The position numbers and the translations under genes were made by a program. Positions 34,999-36,104 of a DNA stretch of 36,104 nt are shown in pieces. The stretch spans positions 1-36,104 of the forward strand of contig JBBRIM010000001.1 in the NCBI GenBank assembly GCA_038221095.1. Direction: 5' to 3'. Position 1 is the stretch's first letter. The number at the start of each line of letters is the position of its first letter. The stretch comes from Candidatus Limnocylindrales bacterium (GTDB taxonomy: Bacteria > Chloroflexota > Limnocylindria > Limnocylindrales > CSP1-4). The notes beneath the pieces were generated by a model. It worked only from the letters and a program-made list of their open reading frames with translations, ran no database searches and was not told the origin of the DNA.

Positions 34999-35666
34999 GC
35001 TCGGGCTCCTTGGTGCAGGCCGACCCGTTCGATCAGGGTGTCGGCTTCCGGGTTGTAACGGTAGTGGCGGCCACAGGCCGGACAGGCCAGCTCGGGGTCG
35101 GCCGAGTAGGCAGCCGGTTCGGCCGGAGCCTTGCGCCCCTTGGCGTCGAGGATCCGCGCGCCGCAGGCGCACACCCAGCCGATCCGATGAGCCGGGCTGC
35201 CCGCCATCAGAGCAAAGTCTGACACGTCACGGGTCACGATCCCGCCGGCCCCGATCGTTGCGAAGCGGCCGATGGTGGTGCCGGCCACGACGACGGCACC
35301 GGCCCCGATCGAGCAACCCGTCCGCAGGAGGATGGGCGAAACAGTCCAGTCCTCGGCCCGGGCCAGTTCACCGGTGGCAGTGATCGCCCGGGGGTAGCGG
35401 TCGTTGGTCAGAATCGCGTTCGGGCCAATGAAGACGCCATCCTCGACGGTGACGCCGTGGTAGATCAGGGCCAGGTTCTGGACCTTGACCCGGTTGCCCA
35501 GAATGACGCCTTCGTCGATGAACACGTCCCGCCCGATCACGCACTCCGAGCCGATCCGGGCGCCTGTCCGGACCTGGGCGCGATGCCAGATGCTCGTGCC
35601 GGGACCGACCTCGACGTCCGCCTCGAGATCGGCGGACGGGTGCACACGGGCGGTTGGATCAATCAC
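34995..35666 (-). CDS. Left-handed beta-helix (hexapeptide repeat) sugar N-acetyltransferase (WbpD/WlbB-like) with a C-terminal Cys4 ribbon-like tail
   Basis: Hexapeptide repeats IDPTARVHPSADLEADVEVGPGTSIW... Tail is GWVCACG...CPACGRHY. Confidence 0.85.
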   Translation of the reverse strand: MIDPTARVHPSADLEADVEVGPGTSIWHRAQVRTGARIGSECVIGRDVFIDEGVILGNRVKVQNLALIYHGVTVEDGVFIGPNAILTNDRYPRAITATGELARAEDWTVSPILLRTGCSIGAGAVVVAGTTIGRFATIGAGGIVTRDVSDFALMAGSPAHRIGWVCACGARILDAKGRKAPAEPAAYSADPELACPACGRHYRYNPEADTLIERVGLHQGARA

Positions 35667-35761
35667 GTAATGCGGGACTCCCGTGCTCGGAACGGTGCCT
35701 GGCGGTGCTGCCGGACCGGCCGGTCACCCGACTGAAAAGTATACCGGAGGGGACGTCCGGA

Positions 35762-36104
35762 TCAGTGCCGGCGAGCCCGGAAGAGGCCGATCACGAGTCC
35801 GGCCGCGGCTCCGAAGGCCAGCGCGCCGCGCCAGTCGAAGAGGGTCCGAACATCTCCGTCGACGTGCGCCGCAAGGACAATCCCCGCGCCCGAGTTCGGG
35901 CCAAAATGGACCCGGTTTGCGATCAACGTCCGGACACCGGCCTGCTCGAAGGTCGCATCGCGGGCGATGACCGCTCCGGCGATGCCCTGGCTCAGGCGCA
36001 ACTCGCTGGTCATGGCGGCACCGACGCCACCGAGTTCGACGGTCAGGCTCTCTCCGCGCATCGCGCCAACGCCGCCCTGGGAGACCCTGACATCCCTGGC
36101 GTTG
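35762..36104 (-). CDS. 5'-truncated ORF (runs off the window): repeat-containing protein with a C-terminal TM anchor; unknown function
   Basis: The frame is open to the window end. About 15-aa quasi-repeats (VRVSQGGVGAM / LTVELGGVGAAM / LRLSQGIAGAVI / ATFEQAGVRTLI), then WRGALAFGAAAGLVIGLFRARRH. Confidence 0.4.
   Translation of the reverse strand, partial: NARDVRVSQGGVGAMRGESLTVELGGVGAAMTSELRLSQGIAGAVIARDATFEQAGVRTLIANRVHFGPNSGAGIVLAAHVDGDVRTLFDWRGALAFGAAAGLVIGLFRARRH

Noticed and set aside
35733-35760. AT-richer patch upstream of the acetyltransferase (minus-strand TATACT at 35743-35738), preceded by a short hairpin ccggaggggacgtccgg. Considered as the operon promoter and/or the terminator of the upstream gene.
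   Set aside because: No convincing -35 hexamer is present. The hairpin stem is only 5 bp. It is plausible but not supportable from sequence alone.

Overview
High-GC (spot counts ~68-70%) bacterial chromosomal segment with densely packed, often overlapping genes. It probably comes from a high-GC monoderm lineage (Actinomycetota- or Chloroflexota-like). That is inferred from an LCP ligase, a DUF2690-like domain and many lipobox proteins, and is not proven.

Layout:
- 124-1506: an IS5-family insertion sequence with clear terminal inverted repeats, a C-terminally truncated transposase and an extra antisense membrane ORF.
- ~1500-3950: a lower-GC islet encoding two translationally coupled secreted proteins, a lipoprotein and a DUF2690-like/metzincin-like protein with a variant zinc motif.
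- 3978-8131: a nitroreductase/PPOX-like pair, divergent from a nitrilase, an internally duplicated membrane protein and a lipoprotein.
- 8147-12280: a DUF1634 + TauE/SafE exporter pair, divergent from a polar amino-acid ABC importer (SBP, permease, ATPase).
- 12281-13122: an unusual ~840-bp gene-free gap holding two tandem long imperfect hairpin/inverted-repeat units.
- 13123-19020: an LCP family glycopolymer ligase, then rdgB, rph, mazG and a SurA/PrsA-like parvulin PPIase on the minus strand.
- 19102-35666: a ~16.5-kb cell-envelope glycan locus. It holds four glycosyltransferase-like genes (two with coiled-coil extensions), a divergent SAM-methyltransferase-wzm-wzt block, two paralogous GT4 genes, and a five-gene Wbp/Wlb-like set (dehydrogenase, oxidoreductase, aminotransferase, acetyltransferase, 2-epimerase) predicted to make a UDP-2,3-diacetamido-2,3-dideoxy-hexuronic acid.

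No rRNA, tRNA or CRISPR array was recognised. The most unusual items are the structured gene-free gap and the LCP/ABC-transporter-dependent diacetamido-uronic-acid glycan locus with coiled-coil glycosyltransferases. All function calls rest on motifs read by eye from the translations. No database search was run.
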